This document shows, in pieces, positions 42,497-52,281 of a stretch of 64,000 nucleotides of DNA. This stretch comes from Nanobdellota archaeon (GTDB taxonomy: Archaea; Nanobdellota; Nanobdellia; Woesearchaeales; JAGLXL01): NCBI GenBank assembly GCA_042577865.1, contig JBHPDN010000002.1, positions 782 through 64,781 of the forward strand. The letters are read 5' to 3'. Under the pieces are notes generated by a model. It ran no database searches. It saw only the letters and a program-made list of their open reading frames with translations, and was not told where the DNA came from. Both the position numbers and the translations under genes were made by a program. Every line of letters begins with the position of its first letter. Position 1 is the stretch's first letter.

Positions 42497-42530
42497 AAAG
42501 GCTAAAACCTTTTTTTCTTTTTTTTCTTTC
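42497..42530. terminator. bidirectional T-rich terminator region between convergent genes
   Basis: AAAAGGCTAAAACCTTTTTTTCTTTTTTTTCTTTC contains a small AAAGG/CCTTT hairpin followed by T7 and T8 runs. Confidence 0.45.
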
Positions 42531-43735
42531 TATATTTTTTTTGCAAAGAAGATATTATGCTTATTTCTAATGATTTTTACTTTGACTTCTTTATTGGTTT
42601 TTTCTGAGCAGTTGATAATAGTAATGTTACGATCCTGGGCAACAGCTAATTGAGAGTGAGGAAAACGACCAGGAGCAATGATTTTAGCTTTGATAATCTG
42701 GTCCTTTTGGAATGGTTTAGGAAGAGGTTTGGTTTCCTGGATATCAAAATCTTCTTTGAGGTTGAGGATTAATCTGGTCTTGGTCTTTTTTTCTAAATCT
42801 TTTAACAAATCAGTAAATTGGTCCCAAGAAAGGGCCTTGACTGGATTACGGCCTGTTTTATAACTGAGGAAATTTTGGATGCCAATAATTTTTATTTTGT
42901 TTTCCTTAACAAACTCTATAATTTTTATCATTTCTTGATTGTTGTAGCCAGGGACGAGCAAAGGAGCGATAAGGATATTTATTTTTTTGGCTGCATATCT
43001 AATGATGTTGAGTACATGTTTGAGATTATAGGTTGTGTTGGCAAGTTTTTCTGCTACTTTTTGGTCGAGAGCATTGAGAGAGATGTTGATTCTTAATTTT
43101 TTGTATTGTGAAAGTTGATCTACAATCGGTTTAGTTAAGAGGGTAGCATTGGTGTCTAAGGAAAGGGTGTGGACCTTTTCTATTTGATGAAGGTCATGAA
43201 TCAATGGTAAGAGGTCTTGATAAAGAAATGGTTCCCCCTGGATGCCGATATGGGCTTCTACGGGGTGGTCAACGAATTCGAGAAGTTTCTTGAATTCCTG
43301 AATGAGATAATCTTTTTCAACAATATAATCTGTTTGTTTTGAAGAAAGACCTTCTGAAACAGAACAATAGATACAGTTTAGATTGCAAAAAGTTTGTGGT
43401 TTAACTTCAATAATAGAAGTGTTACGGTAGATAAGGCCAAAATAATTGTTGCCGATCAAGGGGATGTTGGAGTTTTTATGGATATAAACAGCAGGATTTT
43501 GGGTGATATTATTTTTGAGGTTTTGAATGTTAGTAGTGATGAGATGATTAAATTTTTTTTCTGCTCTTGACTGAGAGCATTGGAAATCAATTTGGTGGCT
43601 TGATTTTACCTTGAAAGGGGCTATTTTTTCAAGTTCTTGATTAGGGATGGTAAAAGAGAAATGTCTATAAAAAATTACCTTGAGATGTTCTTTTTCTTCC
43701 TTAAAACTGAGGTTTTGAAAGATTAATTCTGCCAT
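42530..43735 (-). CDS. radical SAM protein of unknown function (archaeal COG2100-like)
   Basis: 401 aa with the CNLNCIYCS (CxxxCxxC) cluster motif. The N- and C-terminal extensions are unassigned. Confidence 0.7.
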   Translation of the reverse strand: MAELIFQNLSFKEEKEHLKVIFYRHFSFTIPNQELEKIAPFKVKSSHQIDFQCSQSRAEKKFNHLITTNIQNLKNNITQNPAVYIHKNSNIPLIGNNYFGLIYRNTSIIEVKPQTFCNLNCIYCSVSEGLSSKQTDYIVEKDYLIQEFKKLLEFVDHPVEAHIGIQGEPFLYQDLLPLIHDLHQIEKVHTLSLDTNATLLTKPIVDQLSQYKKLRINISLNALDQKVAEKLANTTYNLKHVLNIIRYAAKKINILIAPLLVPGYNNQEMIKIIEFVKENKIKIIGIQNFLSYKTGRNPVKALSWDQFTDLLKDLEKKTKTRLILNLKEDFDIQETKPLPKPFQKDQIIKAKIIAPGRFPHSQLAVAQDRNITIINCSEKTNKEVKVKIIRNKHNIFFAKKI

Positions 43736-43829
43736 TGAATGGATTTTTAAATTAGGGTTTATAAAGGTTGTGAGAATTGTATGGTTGAAAACCTAAATTT
43801 ATTTATATTGATTTTATTTGGAGTGAAAT

Positions 43830-44510
43830 ATGGGGGATGAAATAAACATAACTTTTGAAACATTATATGACTTGCTGCGCCGGGAAAAGAGCAAAGAAGA
43901 ACTTCAAGTGTTGGAGAAGACTTTCTATGCAGATGTAGTTACTTATCTGGGTGAGAAATTAAAATTATTAGACGGACGGAGCAATGAGGACGACTTATTT
44001 TCCATGGGTGAGAAGGAAAAACTAGAAACAGAACTGAGGAGCATCAAGAAGATTCTTAAGGAATTGTATGAGAAGAGAGAGAAGAAAATGATTGAGATGG
44101 CCTTGAATCGAAGCAGGACAGGCAGCAATATTATTGACACTTCAGCTCTTTTAGATGAGGAAAAATCTTTTTATGAAGAAGTAGTGGGTTTGTTTGATAA
44201 ATTTAGAGTTTCAATTCTTTTAAATATGTTTGAGGGGAATACTCCTGTTTTAGAGAAAAGTGTTGTTAAAGAAGTGGAAGAAAAAGAAGAAGTTGAACAA
44301 AAGGAAGAAACAAAGGAAGAGGAAACAACTGAAGAAACAAAAGAAGAAAAACCCGATTTAATGAAAATCAGATTTACTAATGCAGTGCCTAGGTTTGTAG
44401 GTACAGATTTAGAAGTTCACGGCCCTTTTGACCAAGGTGAAGAAACTGAGCTACCATCTGCTATTGCCAGGCTATTAGTAGAAAAGAACAGGGCAGAACT
44501 TTTGCCCTGA
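43830..44510 (+). CDS. GINS complex subunit (Gins51-like)
   Basis: ITFETLYDLLRREKSKEELQVLEKTFYADV at the N-terminus is followed by an acidic linker and then RFVGTDLEVHGPFDQGEETELPSAIARLLVEKNRAELL. This architecture resembles archaeal Gins51. Confidence 0.6.
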   Translation: MGDEINITFETLYDLLRREKSKEELQVLEKTFYADVVTYLGEKLKLLDGRSNEDDLFSMGEKEKLETELRSIKKILKELYEKREKKMIEMALNRSRTGSNIIDTSALLDEEKSFYEEVVGLFDKFRVSILLNMFEGNTPVLEKSVVKEVEEKEEVEQKEETKEEETTEETKEEKPDLMKIRFTNAVPRFVGTDLEVHGPFDQGEETELPSAIARLLVEKNRAELLP

Positions 44511-44566
44511 TTTTAAGTTTAAACAAACAAAATCTTTATAAACAAGCCCTATTTTTTCTGACTATA

Positions 44567-44884
44567 ATGAAAATACCTAAAATCAGAAAGACTTACTGTC
44601 CTTTTTGCAAGAAACACACTGAGCACAAAACAACTCAGCAGAAATTTAAGGGTTTGAATGCAGCACACCCCATGAGCAAAGGGTCAAAAAGCAGGACAAA
44701 GAAGCGCGGTTCAAGGCGCGGTGCAGGAAATTTAGGCAGATTCTCAAGGCCTCCAATTGCTTCCTGGAAGATGACCGGTGCCAAAAGCAGCAAGAAAACT
44801 GATTTCAGATTTGAATGCAAGGAATGCAAAAAAACTCACATTAAAGGAACTGGAACTCGTTCTAAAAAACTTGAGATTAAGTAA
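44567..44884 (+). CDS. rpl44e: 50S ribosomal protein L44e (eL42)
   Basis: KIPKIRKTYCPFCKKHTEHKTTQQKFKG...FECKECKK, a Cys4 motif. It sits in the conserved L44e-S27e pair. Confidence 0.85.
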   Translation: MKIPKIRKTYCPFCKKHTEHKTTQQKFKGLNAAHPMSKGSKSRTKKRGSRRGAGNLGRFSRPPIASWKMTGAKSSKKTDFRFECKECKKTHIKGTGTRSKKLEIK

Positions 44885-44929
44885 ACTATTTAAATAAGTG
44901 CTTAATAAACTGGAAGAAGGAGGATTAAA

Positions 44930-45112
44930 ATGCAATCAGAAAACCCTAAAAGTAAATTTATCAAAGTCAGATGTTCAAAATGCAAAAATGAACAAATTGT
45001 ATTTGGCAATGCAAGCAGTGTAGTCAAGTGTTTGGTTTGCGGCCAGGAATTAGCTTTACCAACTGGAGGCAAGAGCAAGATAACGGCCAGAGTGTTGGAG
45101 GTTCTTGAATAA
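44930..45112 (+). CDS. rps27e: 30S ribosomal protein S27e
   Basis: 60 aa with KFIKVRCSKCKNEQIVFGNASSVVKCLVCGQELALPTGGK, a Cys4 zinc ribbon. Confidence 0.85.
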   Translation: MQSENPKSKFIKVRCSKCKNEQIVFGNASSVVKCLVCGQELALPTGGKSKITARVLEVLE

Positions 45113-45882
45113 TGCTTTACAGGAGGGAAGGATTCCCTGAAGAAGATGAGTTTGTTTTTTGCACAGTAACCAAAATCTTTCATAGTTCTGTTTTTGTCAA
45201 TCTTGATGAATTTGATAAGAGTGGTATGATCCACATCAGTGAAATTGCTCCAGGTAGAATTAGGAATATCCGAGATTATGTGACGCCAGGGAAAAAAATT
45301 GTCTGTAAAGTCTTAAGACTTGACCAAGCCAAAGGACACATTGATTTAAGTTTAAGAAGAGTTTCTGATGCAGAGAAAAAGAGAAAGAGTGAGGAGATTA
45401 AGCAGGAACAGAAGGCAGAAAAAATAATTGAAATGGCTGCCAAAGAAATCAAAGAAAAGATGGAAGATGTTTATGACAAAGTAGCTGACAAGGTTTTTGA
45501 AAATTATCCTTATTTGCATGTTTTTTTCAAAGAAATGGCTGAAGAAAAAGCTAAAATTGAAACTTTAGGATTGGACAAGAAGTTGACTGGAGTTCTTAAG
45601 GATTTAATTGCTGATAAGTTCAAGGCAGCCAATGTTATTATCAAAGGTGTCTTTGAATTAAAAAGTTATGATGCAGATGGCGTGAGTATAGTCAAGAAAG
45701 TTTTGATGAAAGCAGAAAAAAATGAAGGAGTAACTATTTCTTACATCGGTGGAGGAAGTTATCAAATTAAGGTTGAATCAAAGACTTACAAAGAGGCAGA
45801 AAAAATATTGTCTAGAGTGGAAGAGTCTGTCTTATCTGATATGCGCAAACACCAAGGTGAAGGTGTTTTTAAGAGAGAATGA
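45112..45882 (+). CDS. eif2a: translation initiation factor aIF-2 alpha subunit
   Basis: 256 aa with an N-terminal S1 domain: FPEEDEFVFCTVTKIFHSSVFVNLDEFDKSGMIHISEIAPGRIRNIRDYV. Confidence 0.85.
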   Translation: MLYRREGFPEEDEFVFCTVTKIFHSSVFVNLDEFDKSGMIHISEIAPGRIRNIRDYVTPGKKIVCKVLRLDQAKGHIDLSLRRVSDAEKKRKSEEIKQEQKAEKIIEMAAKEIKEKMEDVYDKVADKVFENYPYLHVFFKEMAEEKAKIETLGLDKKLTGVLKDLIADKFKAANVIIKGVFELKSYDADGVSIVKKVLMKAEKNEGVTISYIGGGSYQIKVESKTYKEAEKILSRVEESVLSDMRKHQGEGVFKRE

Positions 45883-45928
45883 AACACAATAAAAATCAAA
45901 GATTTTTAAGCGTTCCATTTTTAACAAA

Positions 45929-46102
45929 ATGAAACACATTCTTAAGTGTGATAAGTGCAGGAATTATACTATGCAGGAAAAGCACTCTTGTGGTGGATTG
46001 GGAATTAATCCAAAACCAGCCAAGTGGCAGCCAGATGACAAATATGGTCGATTGAGACGGGAAGCTAAGAAAAAGGAGTTTGAGGAGAAAGGTTATTTGT
46101 GA
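45929..46102 (+). CDS. nop10: H/ACA ribonucleoprotein component Nop10
   Basis: Own translation (57 aa): MKHILKCDKCRNYTMQEKHSCGGLGINPKPAKWQPDDKYGRLRREAKKKEFEEKGYL. It has a zinc-ribbon N-terminus and a P.K..PDDKYG..RR motif, and lies in the conserved position after eif2a. Confidence 0.8.
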   Translation: MKHILKCDKCRNYTMQEKHSCGGLGINPKPAKWQPDDKYGRLRREAKKKEFEEKGYL

Positions 46103-46154
46103 GAAATTAAAAGTATTCAAAACCTTTATAAACATTAATTCTTTTTATAGAGTC

Positions 46155-46940
46155 ATGGCAACTTGGCAATTAATTAAAGAGGGACCTACCCCTAAAATGA
46201 ATGACCCCATTCTAGTTGAAGGTTTACCTGGGATAGGAAATGTGGGAAAGGTGGCCATTGATTTTATCATTGATGAATTGAAAGCCAAGAAAATTTACTC
46301 TTTATTTTCACACACTTTTCCACACTCTGTTTTTGTAAATGAAAGAAATGTAGTGGAACTGCCTTCGATTGAAATTTATTACAAGAAGATGAAAGGCAAG
46401 AAAAACGATTTATTGTTTTTGACTGGAGATGTCCAGCCAATCGATGAAAAAAGCAGTTATGATTTTTGCGCTACGGTTTTGGACTATCTAAAGAAGATTA
46501 ACGGTAAAATGGTGATTACTACAGGAGGCATAGGCCTGCAAGAACTGCCGGAAAAACCAAAAGTCTACATCACTGGCAATGACGAAGCTTTAGTCAATAA
46601 GTTTGCCAAAGGAATCAATGTTGAGAAAAAGATTCATGGTGTGGTCGGCCCAATTATTGGTGTAACTGGATTGTTATTAGGTTTAGGAACAAGAAGAGGC
46701 ATCAAAGGAGTGGCTCTTTTGGCTGAAACTTTTGGACATCCAATGTACTTGGGTGTCAAAGGGGCAAAAGAAATGCTAAGGATTTTTAATAAAAAATTAG
46801 GACTTAATATAAATTTGAATAAATTGACTAAGGAGATTGAAAAATTAGAAAAAGAAACAATTAAAAGGACCAAAGAATTGAGTTCAGTTACCAACCAAAT
46901 TGGTACAAAAAAAATAAGTGAAACAAGTTATATTGGATAA
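46155..46940 (+). CDS. PAC2-family proteasome assembly chaperone-like protein
   Basis: The internal ATG gives MATWQLIKEGPTPKMNDPILVEGLPGIGNVGKVAIDFIIDEL. The LVEGLPGIGNVG motif is typical of archaeal PAC2 proteins. Confidence 0.7.
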   Translation: MATWQLIKEGPTPKMNDPILVEGLPGIGNVGKVAIDFIIDELKAKKIYSLFSHTFPHSVFVNERNVVELPSIEIYYKKMKGKKNDLLFLTGDVQPIDEKSSYDFCATVLDYLKKINGKMVITTGGIGLQELPEKPKVYITGNDEALVNKFAKGINVEKKIHGVVGPIIGVTGLLLGLGTRRGIKGVALLAETFGHPMYLGVKGAKEMLRIFNKKLGLNINLNKLTKEIEKLEKETIKRTKELSSVTNQIGTKKISETSYIG

Positions 46941-46964
46941 TTTTTAAAAAAAGAGGTGAATCAA

Positions 46965-47300
46965 ATGGCCAAAAAGAAAAAAAAGGCTACTGCTGTAAAA
47001 TCTGGCCTGAAGAAGTTGGTTGAGGAGTACAAAGACAAAGTTCTTTTAGTAATGGCAACTTTTCTTGAGAAAGAAGCAATGAGTGTCGTTGAATGGGTTA
47101 AAGACATCGCTAAAATAAAAAAGAGAGTCAGAACTTTAGTAGTATTAGTGGGTCTGATCTTTGCCGGTTTGTTTTTAGTGGCTATGGGAATAACCAAATT
47201 TGTGGTTTTCAAATTTCCTGTCTTGGAAAACGGCTGGGGAGAAGTTGTTGTTGGAGTGTTAATTGTATTGGTAGCTTACTTCATCAAAAAATTATCTTAA
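46965..47300 (+). CDS. small membrane protein (2 TM), unknown function
   Basis: [14 protein letters not shown]... followed by two hydrophobic helices. No motif recognised. Confidence 0.45.
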   Translation: MAKKKKKATAVKSGLKKLVEEYKDKVLLVMATFLEKEAMSVVEWVKDIAKIKKRVRTLVVLVGLIFAGLFLVAMGITKFVVFKFPVLENGWGEVVVGVLIVLVAYFIKKLS

Positions 47301-47311
47301 TTTTTTTTAAT

Positions 47312-48523
47312 ATGAAAATAAAAAAAATTTGGGCTAGAGAAGTTCTTGACAGCCGGGGCAATCCCACCCTTGAAGTTGATGTTTCTGTAGGTGATTTTTT
47401 GACCCGGGCCATGGTGCCCTCTGGAGCATCGACTGGAATTTATGAATCTTTGGAGTTAAGGGATGGCGGCAAGAGATATTTAGGCAAGGGTGTTTCTCAG
47501 GCAGTTAGTAATGTGAATAAAGTTATTGCTCGAAGGTTGGTAGGCAAAGACTGCAGAAAACAGCAGGAAATTGATGAATTAATGCTGAAGTTGGATGGGA
47601 CTGGTAACAAAAAGAAATTAGGGGCTAATGCTATTTTAGGTGTATCTATGGCTGTTTGTCGGGCAGGAGCAATGAGTTCTGGTTTACCATTGTACAAATA
47701 TATTGGTAAATTATTTGGTAACAAGAAATTTGTTTTGCCTCGTCCTTTTTTTAATGTAATCAATGGTGGAAGGCACGCGGATAATAAATTAAGTATTCAG
47801 GAATTTATGATTTCTCCAAAACAAAGAAGTTTTAAAGAAAATTTAAGGGTAGGGAGTGAGGTTTATCACATCTTGGAAAAAGTGATCAAGAAAAAATACG
47901 GGAGGGTAGCTGGTGTTGGTGATGAGGGAGGATTTTCTCCTTCGATTTCAAAAGCTAAGGAAGGTCTTGATTTGTTGAAGATGGCCATTAAAAAGTCAGG
48001 TTACAAAGTTGACATTGCCATGGACTGTGCTGCTTCTGAATTTTATAAAAAAGGAAAATATTTTGTTGACGAGAAGTGGTTGACAAAGGACAAGTTGTTT
48101 GTTTACTATTTAGGTTTAGTAAAGAAGTATCCAATTATTTCTGTGGAAGATCCTTTTGAACAAAATGATTTTGAAAGTTTTGGCAGTTTAGTTAGAAACT
48201 TTAAAGGCCAGGTAGTAGGGGATGATTTGACGGTCTCCAATATTGGCAGAGTAATTGAAGCGGTTGGGAAAAAGAGCTGCAATGCTTTGTTGTTAAAAGT
48301 TAACCAGATTGGTACGGTTAGTGAGGCATTGGCCGCTACTAGATTAGCTATGGATAACAAATGGAAAGTAATGGTTTCTCATCGTTCGGGTGAGACAGAA
48401 GATCCTTTTATTGCTGATTTGGCCGTGGGTATTGGTTGTGGCCAGATTAAGTCTGGTGCACCGTGCCGCTCGGAGAGATTAGCTAAGTATAATCAACTGT
48501 TAAGGATTGAAGAGGAATTATGA
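47312..48523 (+). CDS. eno: enolase (phosphopyruvate hydratase)
   Basis: 403 aa with [28 protein letters not shown] and [17 protein letters not shown]. Confidence 0.92.
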   Translation: MKIKKIWAREVLDSRGNPTLEVDVSVGDFLTRAMVPSGASTGIYESLELRDGGKRYLGKGVSQAVSNVNKVIARRLVGKDCRKQQEIDELMLKLDGTGNKKKLGANAILGVSMAVCRAGAMSSGLPLYKYIGKLFGNKKFVLPRPFFNVINGGRHADNKLSIQEFMISPKQRSFKENLRVGSEVYHILEKVIKKKYGRVAGVGDEGGFSPSISKAKEGLDLLKMAIKKSGYKVDIAMDCAASEFYKKGKYFVDEKWLTKDKLFVYYLGLVKKYPIISVEDPFEQNDFESFGSLVRNFKGQVVGDDLTVSNIGRVIEAVGKKSCNALLLKVNQIGTVSEALAATRLAMDNKWKVMVSHRSGETEDPFIADLAVGIGCGQIKSGAPCRSERLAKYNQLLRIEEEL

Positions 48524-48720
48524 TTAGCAAGTTGAGGAAGGAAATTGATAAAGTTGATTCTGGAATTGTTTCTTTATTAAAGAAGAGAGAGAAATTAGTT
48601 TTGCAAATTAAAAAGATTAAGAAGAAAGAAAAGATGCCGATGAAAGATTTGAAACGTGAGAGGCAGATTTTTAAAAGAGTTGGAAAGTTTAAGAAAGTTT
48701 TTGAAAGAATTGTGGGCTAA
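48520..48720 (+). CDS. short AroQ (type II) chorismate mutase-like protein (66 aa)
   Basis: [51 protein letters not shown] follows the L..R..ID.ID..I..LL..R pattern of AroQ helices 1-2. No third helix is present. ATGA overlap with eno. Confidence 0.4.
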   Translation: MISKLRKEIDKVDSGIVSLLKKREKLVLQIKKIKKKEKMPMKDLKRERQIFKRVGKFKKVFERIVG

Positions 48721-48724
48721 TTTC

Positions 48725-49831
48725 TTAGAGGTTATGGAAGGCATGGCGGAAAGGATCAAAGCCATAGTGAGCAATGGCAAATTCTTGAGTGAAAACTTCT
48801 CTTTCCAAAGTAACTTTTCTTGGTTCGATGTCTAATCCAAGAAGTTCTCTGGGATTTTCAAAAATAAATTTATGAAGTCTTTCTTCCCTGATGCCTAGAA
48901 TTTCTCTTAAATATTTGATGCCTCTGGCCCAAAAATGAAGAGAAGTGACGCCAGACATGTGTTTTTGTAATTTTTCTTCTTTAGTGTGAGGGGCATGGTC
49001 AGTGCCAATACACCAAATATTTGAACCAAGGCCATAATCGGCCAATTGTTTTTCTCTAACAGGAGGATTACATTTTAAGTAAAGGCCGTTTTCTCTTTTC
49101 ATGAATTCTGTGTTAAGGAGGAGGTGTTGAAAGGTAGCTTCGCAAGTGACTGACTGCATGTTATCTTGAAAATAAGGGTCATTTTGGACTAGCCAATTAA
49201 CATTATTGATACGATCAACAGATTCAACTGTAGATATGTGGGCAAAATGCAACTTGCCGCGGAAATTGTTTAAAAAAGCATACCCTATGACTCTATAGAC
49301 CATTTCAATTTCTGACTTTTCAGGCCGAGCATTATTCCAAGTCCAAGGTTTTTCTGGTATCCATTTCTTTTTGTTTTTTCGGTTGATATTCTCATCTTCG
49401 GCATGAATTTGGATGACTCCTTCATAACCTTCTTCTGCCAGTACAGAAAAAACTTTGTCCTGGGCATGATAATTAAGGATGCCTAAATCACCAACTGAAT
49501 GACAGGGAAAGAATTTAAGACCTACAACTTGGGGGTTGGTTCTGACCAATTCTACGGCTCGGCGAAGTTGGTCTGTTTGATATTCTCTTTTTTCTTTATC
49601 ATAATTCATAGTAACACCAACCCAACCATAGAATTGGACAGGAGAATTTGCTTGCTTTGCTATTCTAAGGTAATCTTCAACAGTTTCTTTATCAATCAGA
49701 GAAGGTTTGGTATTGGGTTCAGCACAGATAGCAGTCGCGCCTGTTTTTTCGGCCACATACAGAGCATGTTCGATAGTTTCTTTTTTACTTTCTTTTAAAT
49801 CCCGACAATGAACGTGAGTATCAATATACAT
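48725..49831 (-). CDS. dihydroorotase-like amidohydrolase
   Basis: 368 aa with DTHVHCRD, EPNTKP, an HAED/HIS context and GTDHAPHTKEEK. This is the DHOase-type metal-ligand pattern. Confidence 0.6.
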   Translation of the reverse strand: MYIDTHVHCRDLKESKKETIEHALYVAEKTGATAICAEPNTKPSLIDKETVEDYLRIAKQANSPVQFYGWVGVTMNYDKEKREYQTDQLRRAVELVRTNPQVVGLKFFPCHSVGDLGILNYHAQDKVFSVLAEEGYEGVIQIHAEDENINRKNKKKWIPEKPWTWNNARPEKSEIEMVYRVIGYAFLNNFRGKLHFAHISTVESVDRINNVNWLVQNDPYFQDNMQSVTCEATFQHLLLNTEFMKRENGLYLKCNPPVREKQLADYGLGSNIWCIGTDHAPHTKEEKLQKHMSGVTSLHFWARGIKYLREILGIREERLHKFIFENPRELLGLDIEPRKVTLEREVFTQEFAIAHYGFDPFRHAFHNL

Positions 49832-49914
49832 ATTAAATTTGAAGAGTGGGTTGTTAATAAGTTTTTTGAAAACATTTTTAAATAAAAGTAGAATAGTAAG
49901 GAATAGGTGATTGA

Positions 49915-50784
49915 ATGATAATTATTGGTTTGTCAAATTCTCGGGAATTGGCCAGAAAAGTGGCCAAGAAGTTGAAAGTAAAGTACTCTTCTTTGGATTT
50001 TGAGCAATTTCCTGATGGTGAAGTCTATTTAAGATTTAGAGACAAAGTTAAGGGAAAGAATGTTGTTTTAATCCAATCTATGCAACCTAGGGTGAATGAC
50101 GCCCTGATAGAGACTTTATTTGCCTCTGCCACAGCAAAAGATTTGGGAGCCAAGAAAGTTATCTTAGTGGCGCCGTATTTGAGCTATATGAGGCAAGACA
50201 AGCGGTTTAAGCCAGGGGAATGTATTTCTAATGAGATTGTAGCCAAATTTATTGATGATTATGTTGACCAGGTTTTTGTGGTGGACCCTCATTTGCATAG
50301 GGATAAATCACTGAGTGTGTTTTTCAAGATTAAATCAACTAAATTAACAGCCAATCCATTGATTGCTGCATACATTAAGAAGAAGATTAAAAATCCTTTA
50401 CTAATTGGTCCTGATTGGGAAAGTTACAAATGGGCACGGGCGACGGCTGAAATGATTGGGGCTGAATCTGTGATTTTGAAGAAGAAGAGATATAGTGGTA
50501 GACGAGTTAAGGTGTACTTTGGTGAAAAGATCGATGTCAAAGGGAAGAACGCGGTTTTGGTCGATGATATGATTTCCACTGGCGGAACTTTGCTTCGGAC
50601 AATTGAACATTTGAAGAAGTTGGGTTTAAGGAAGTTTACTTGTGTGGCAGTGCATGGTGTTTTTTCTGAAGGTGCCTTGGGAAAATTGAAAAAGGCTGGA
50701 GCCACTGTTATTACCGCCAACACCATTGAAAATCCAACAGCTAAATTAGATATTTCTGGAATAATTGCTGATGCTCTAAAATGA
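49915..50784 (+). CDS. prs: ribose-phosphate pyrophosphokinase
   Basis: 289 aa with VVDPHLH and VLVDDMISTGGTL (PRPP-binding loop). Confidence 0.85.
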   Translation: MIIIGLSNSRELARKVAKKLKVKYSSLDFEQFPDGEVYLRFRDKVKGKNVVLIQSMQPRVNDALIETLFASATAKDLGAKKVILVAPYLSYMRQDKRFKPGECISNEIVAKFIDDYVDQVFVVDPHLHRDKSLSVFFKIKSTKLTANPLIAAYIKKKIKNPLLIGPDWESYKWARATAEMIGAESVILKKKRYSGRRVKVYFGEKIDVKGKNAVLVDDMISTGGTLLRTIEHLKKLGLRKFTCVAVHGVFSEGALGKLKKAGATVITANTIENPTAKLDISGIIADALK

Positions 50785-52235
50785 AACCTTTTGTTTTGAT
50801 TATTATGGATGGTTGGGGAGTTCGTCAGAGTAAAAAATCCAATGCAGTTAAGCTAGCCAAGACGCCTGTTTTTGATAAATTATGGAAAGAAAATTCTCAT
50901 TGTGTTTTGAAAGCTGCTGAAGAAGCAGTAGGTTTACCAAAAGGTTATATGGGCAATTCTGAAGTTGGACATTTTAATTTAGGTGCTGGCCGGTTAGTCA
51001 AACAAGAAGTAACTAAAATCAATGAGTCAATTAAAAATGGTTCTTTTTTTAAGAATAAAGTTTTGATTTCAACAATTAAAAAAATTAAGAAAGATGGTGG
51101 AAGATTACATTTAATGGGTTTGTTGAGTGATGCAGGGGTTCATTCACATATTAATCATTTATTTGCCCTGATGAAGTTGGCTCGAAGGTTTAAAGTTGAT
51201 GTTTTGATTCATATTTTTTCAGACGGAAGGGATACTCCACCAAAATCAGTTCTGAAATATATTAAACAACTAAAGAAAAAAATCAAAACAGAAACAATTG
51301 CCACAATTTCTGGCCGGTATTATGCCATGGATAGAGATAACAGGTGGAATCGGACAAAGAGGGCTTATGAAACAATTATTGGCAAGAAAGGTTTAAAGGC
51401 AAAGAGTGTTGAAGAAGCGGTTCAAAGGTCTTATAGTAAGGGAGAAGGTGACGAGTTTATTTTACCAACAATTATTTCTGATTATGATGGGGTTAAGACC
51501 GGTGATGGTTTTATTTTCTCTAATTTCAGAGAAGACAGAGCCAGACAGTTGACCATGGCTTTGGGCAAGAATAAGTTTGGCAAATTTGGCAAGACTTGTT
51601 TTGCCTGTATGTATGAATATGATTCAAAGTTGGGTTTGCCAGTGGCTTTTGGCAAACCTCATTTGAAAAATGTCTTGGCCGAAGTTTTGAGCAAAGCTGG
51701 GAAGAAACAATTTCATACTGCTGAAACAGAAAAATATGCCCATGTGACTTATTTTTTTAATGGCGGTAAGGAAAAACAATTTAAAGGTGAGAGTAGGAAA
51801 ATTGTTCCAAGTCCGCACGTGGCAACCTATGACAAAAAACCAGAGATGTCTGCGGCTAAGGTTTGTGATGGGGTTTTGAAACAAATGAGCCGGAATGATT
51901 TTGTAGTGGTTAATTTTGCCAATCCAGATATGGTCGGACATACGGGTATTTTGAAAACAACAGTTAAGGCTGTTGAGGTTGTTGATAAGTGTGTGGGGAA
52001 GATTGTGAAGAAGGCTTTGAGTTTGGATGGGATGTGTCTAATTACAGCTGACCACGGCAATTGTGAAGAGATGGTGGGTAAATGGGCAACAAGCCATACT
52101 TTGAATCAAGTACCATGTGTTTTGGTTGGCCGGAAGGTTAAATTAAAGAACGGTAAATTAAGTAATGTGGCACCAACTGTTTTGAAATTGATGGGTTTGA
52201 AAAAGCCGAAAGAGATGGGTGGAGCTTTGTTTTGA
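50781..52235 (+). CDS. gpmI: 2,3-bisphosphoglycerate-independent phosphoglycerate mutase (GpmI type)
   Basis: 484 aa with LIIMDGWG, NSEVGHFNLGAGR, NFANPDMVGHTG and ITADHGN. ATGA overlap with prs. Confidence 0.85.
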   Translation: MKPFVLIIMDGWGVRQSKKSNAVKLAKTPVFDKLWKENSHCVLKAAEEAVGLPKGYMGNSEVGHFNLGAGRLVKQEVTKINESIKNGSFFKNKVLISTIKKIKKDGGRLHLMGLLSDAGVHSHINHLFALMKLARRFKVDVLIHIFSDGRDTPPKSVLKYIKQLKKKIKTETIATISGRYYAMDRDNRWNRTKRAYETIIGKKGLKAKSVEEAVQRSYSKGEGDEFILPTIISDYDGVKTGDGFIFSNFREDRARQLTMALGKNKFGKFGKTCFACMYEYDSKLGLPVAFGKPHLKNVLAEVLSKAGKKQFHTAETEKYAHVTYFFNGGKEKQFKGESRKIVPSPHVATYDKKPEMSAAKVCDGVLKQMSRNDFVVVNFANPDMVGHTGILKTTVKAVEVVDKCVGKIVKKALSLDGMCLITADHGNCEEMVGKWATSHTLNQVPCVLVGRKVKLKNGKLSNVAPTVLKLMGLKKPKEMGGALF

Positions 52236-52281
52236 TTTCTCTTTAACAAAATTTAAATAATCATCAAGAAAAGCAAATAAA

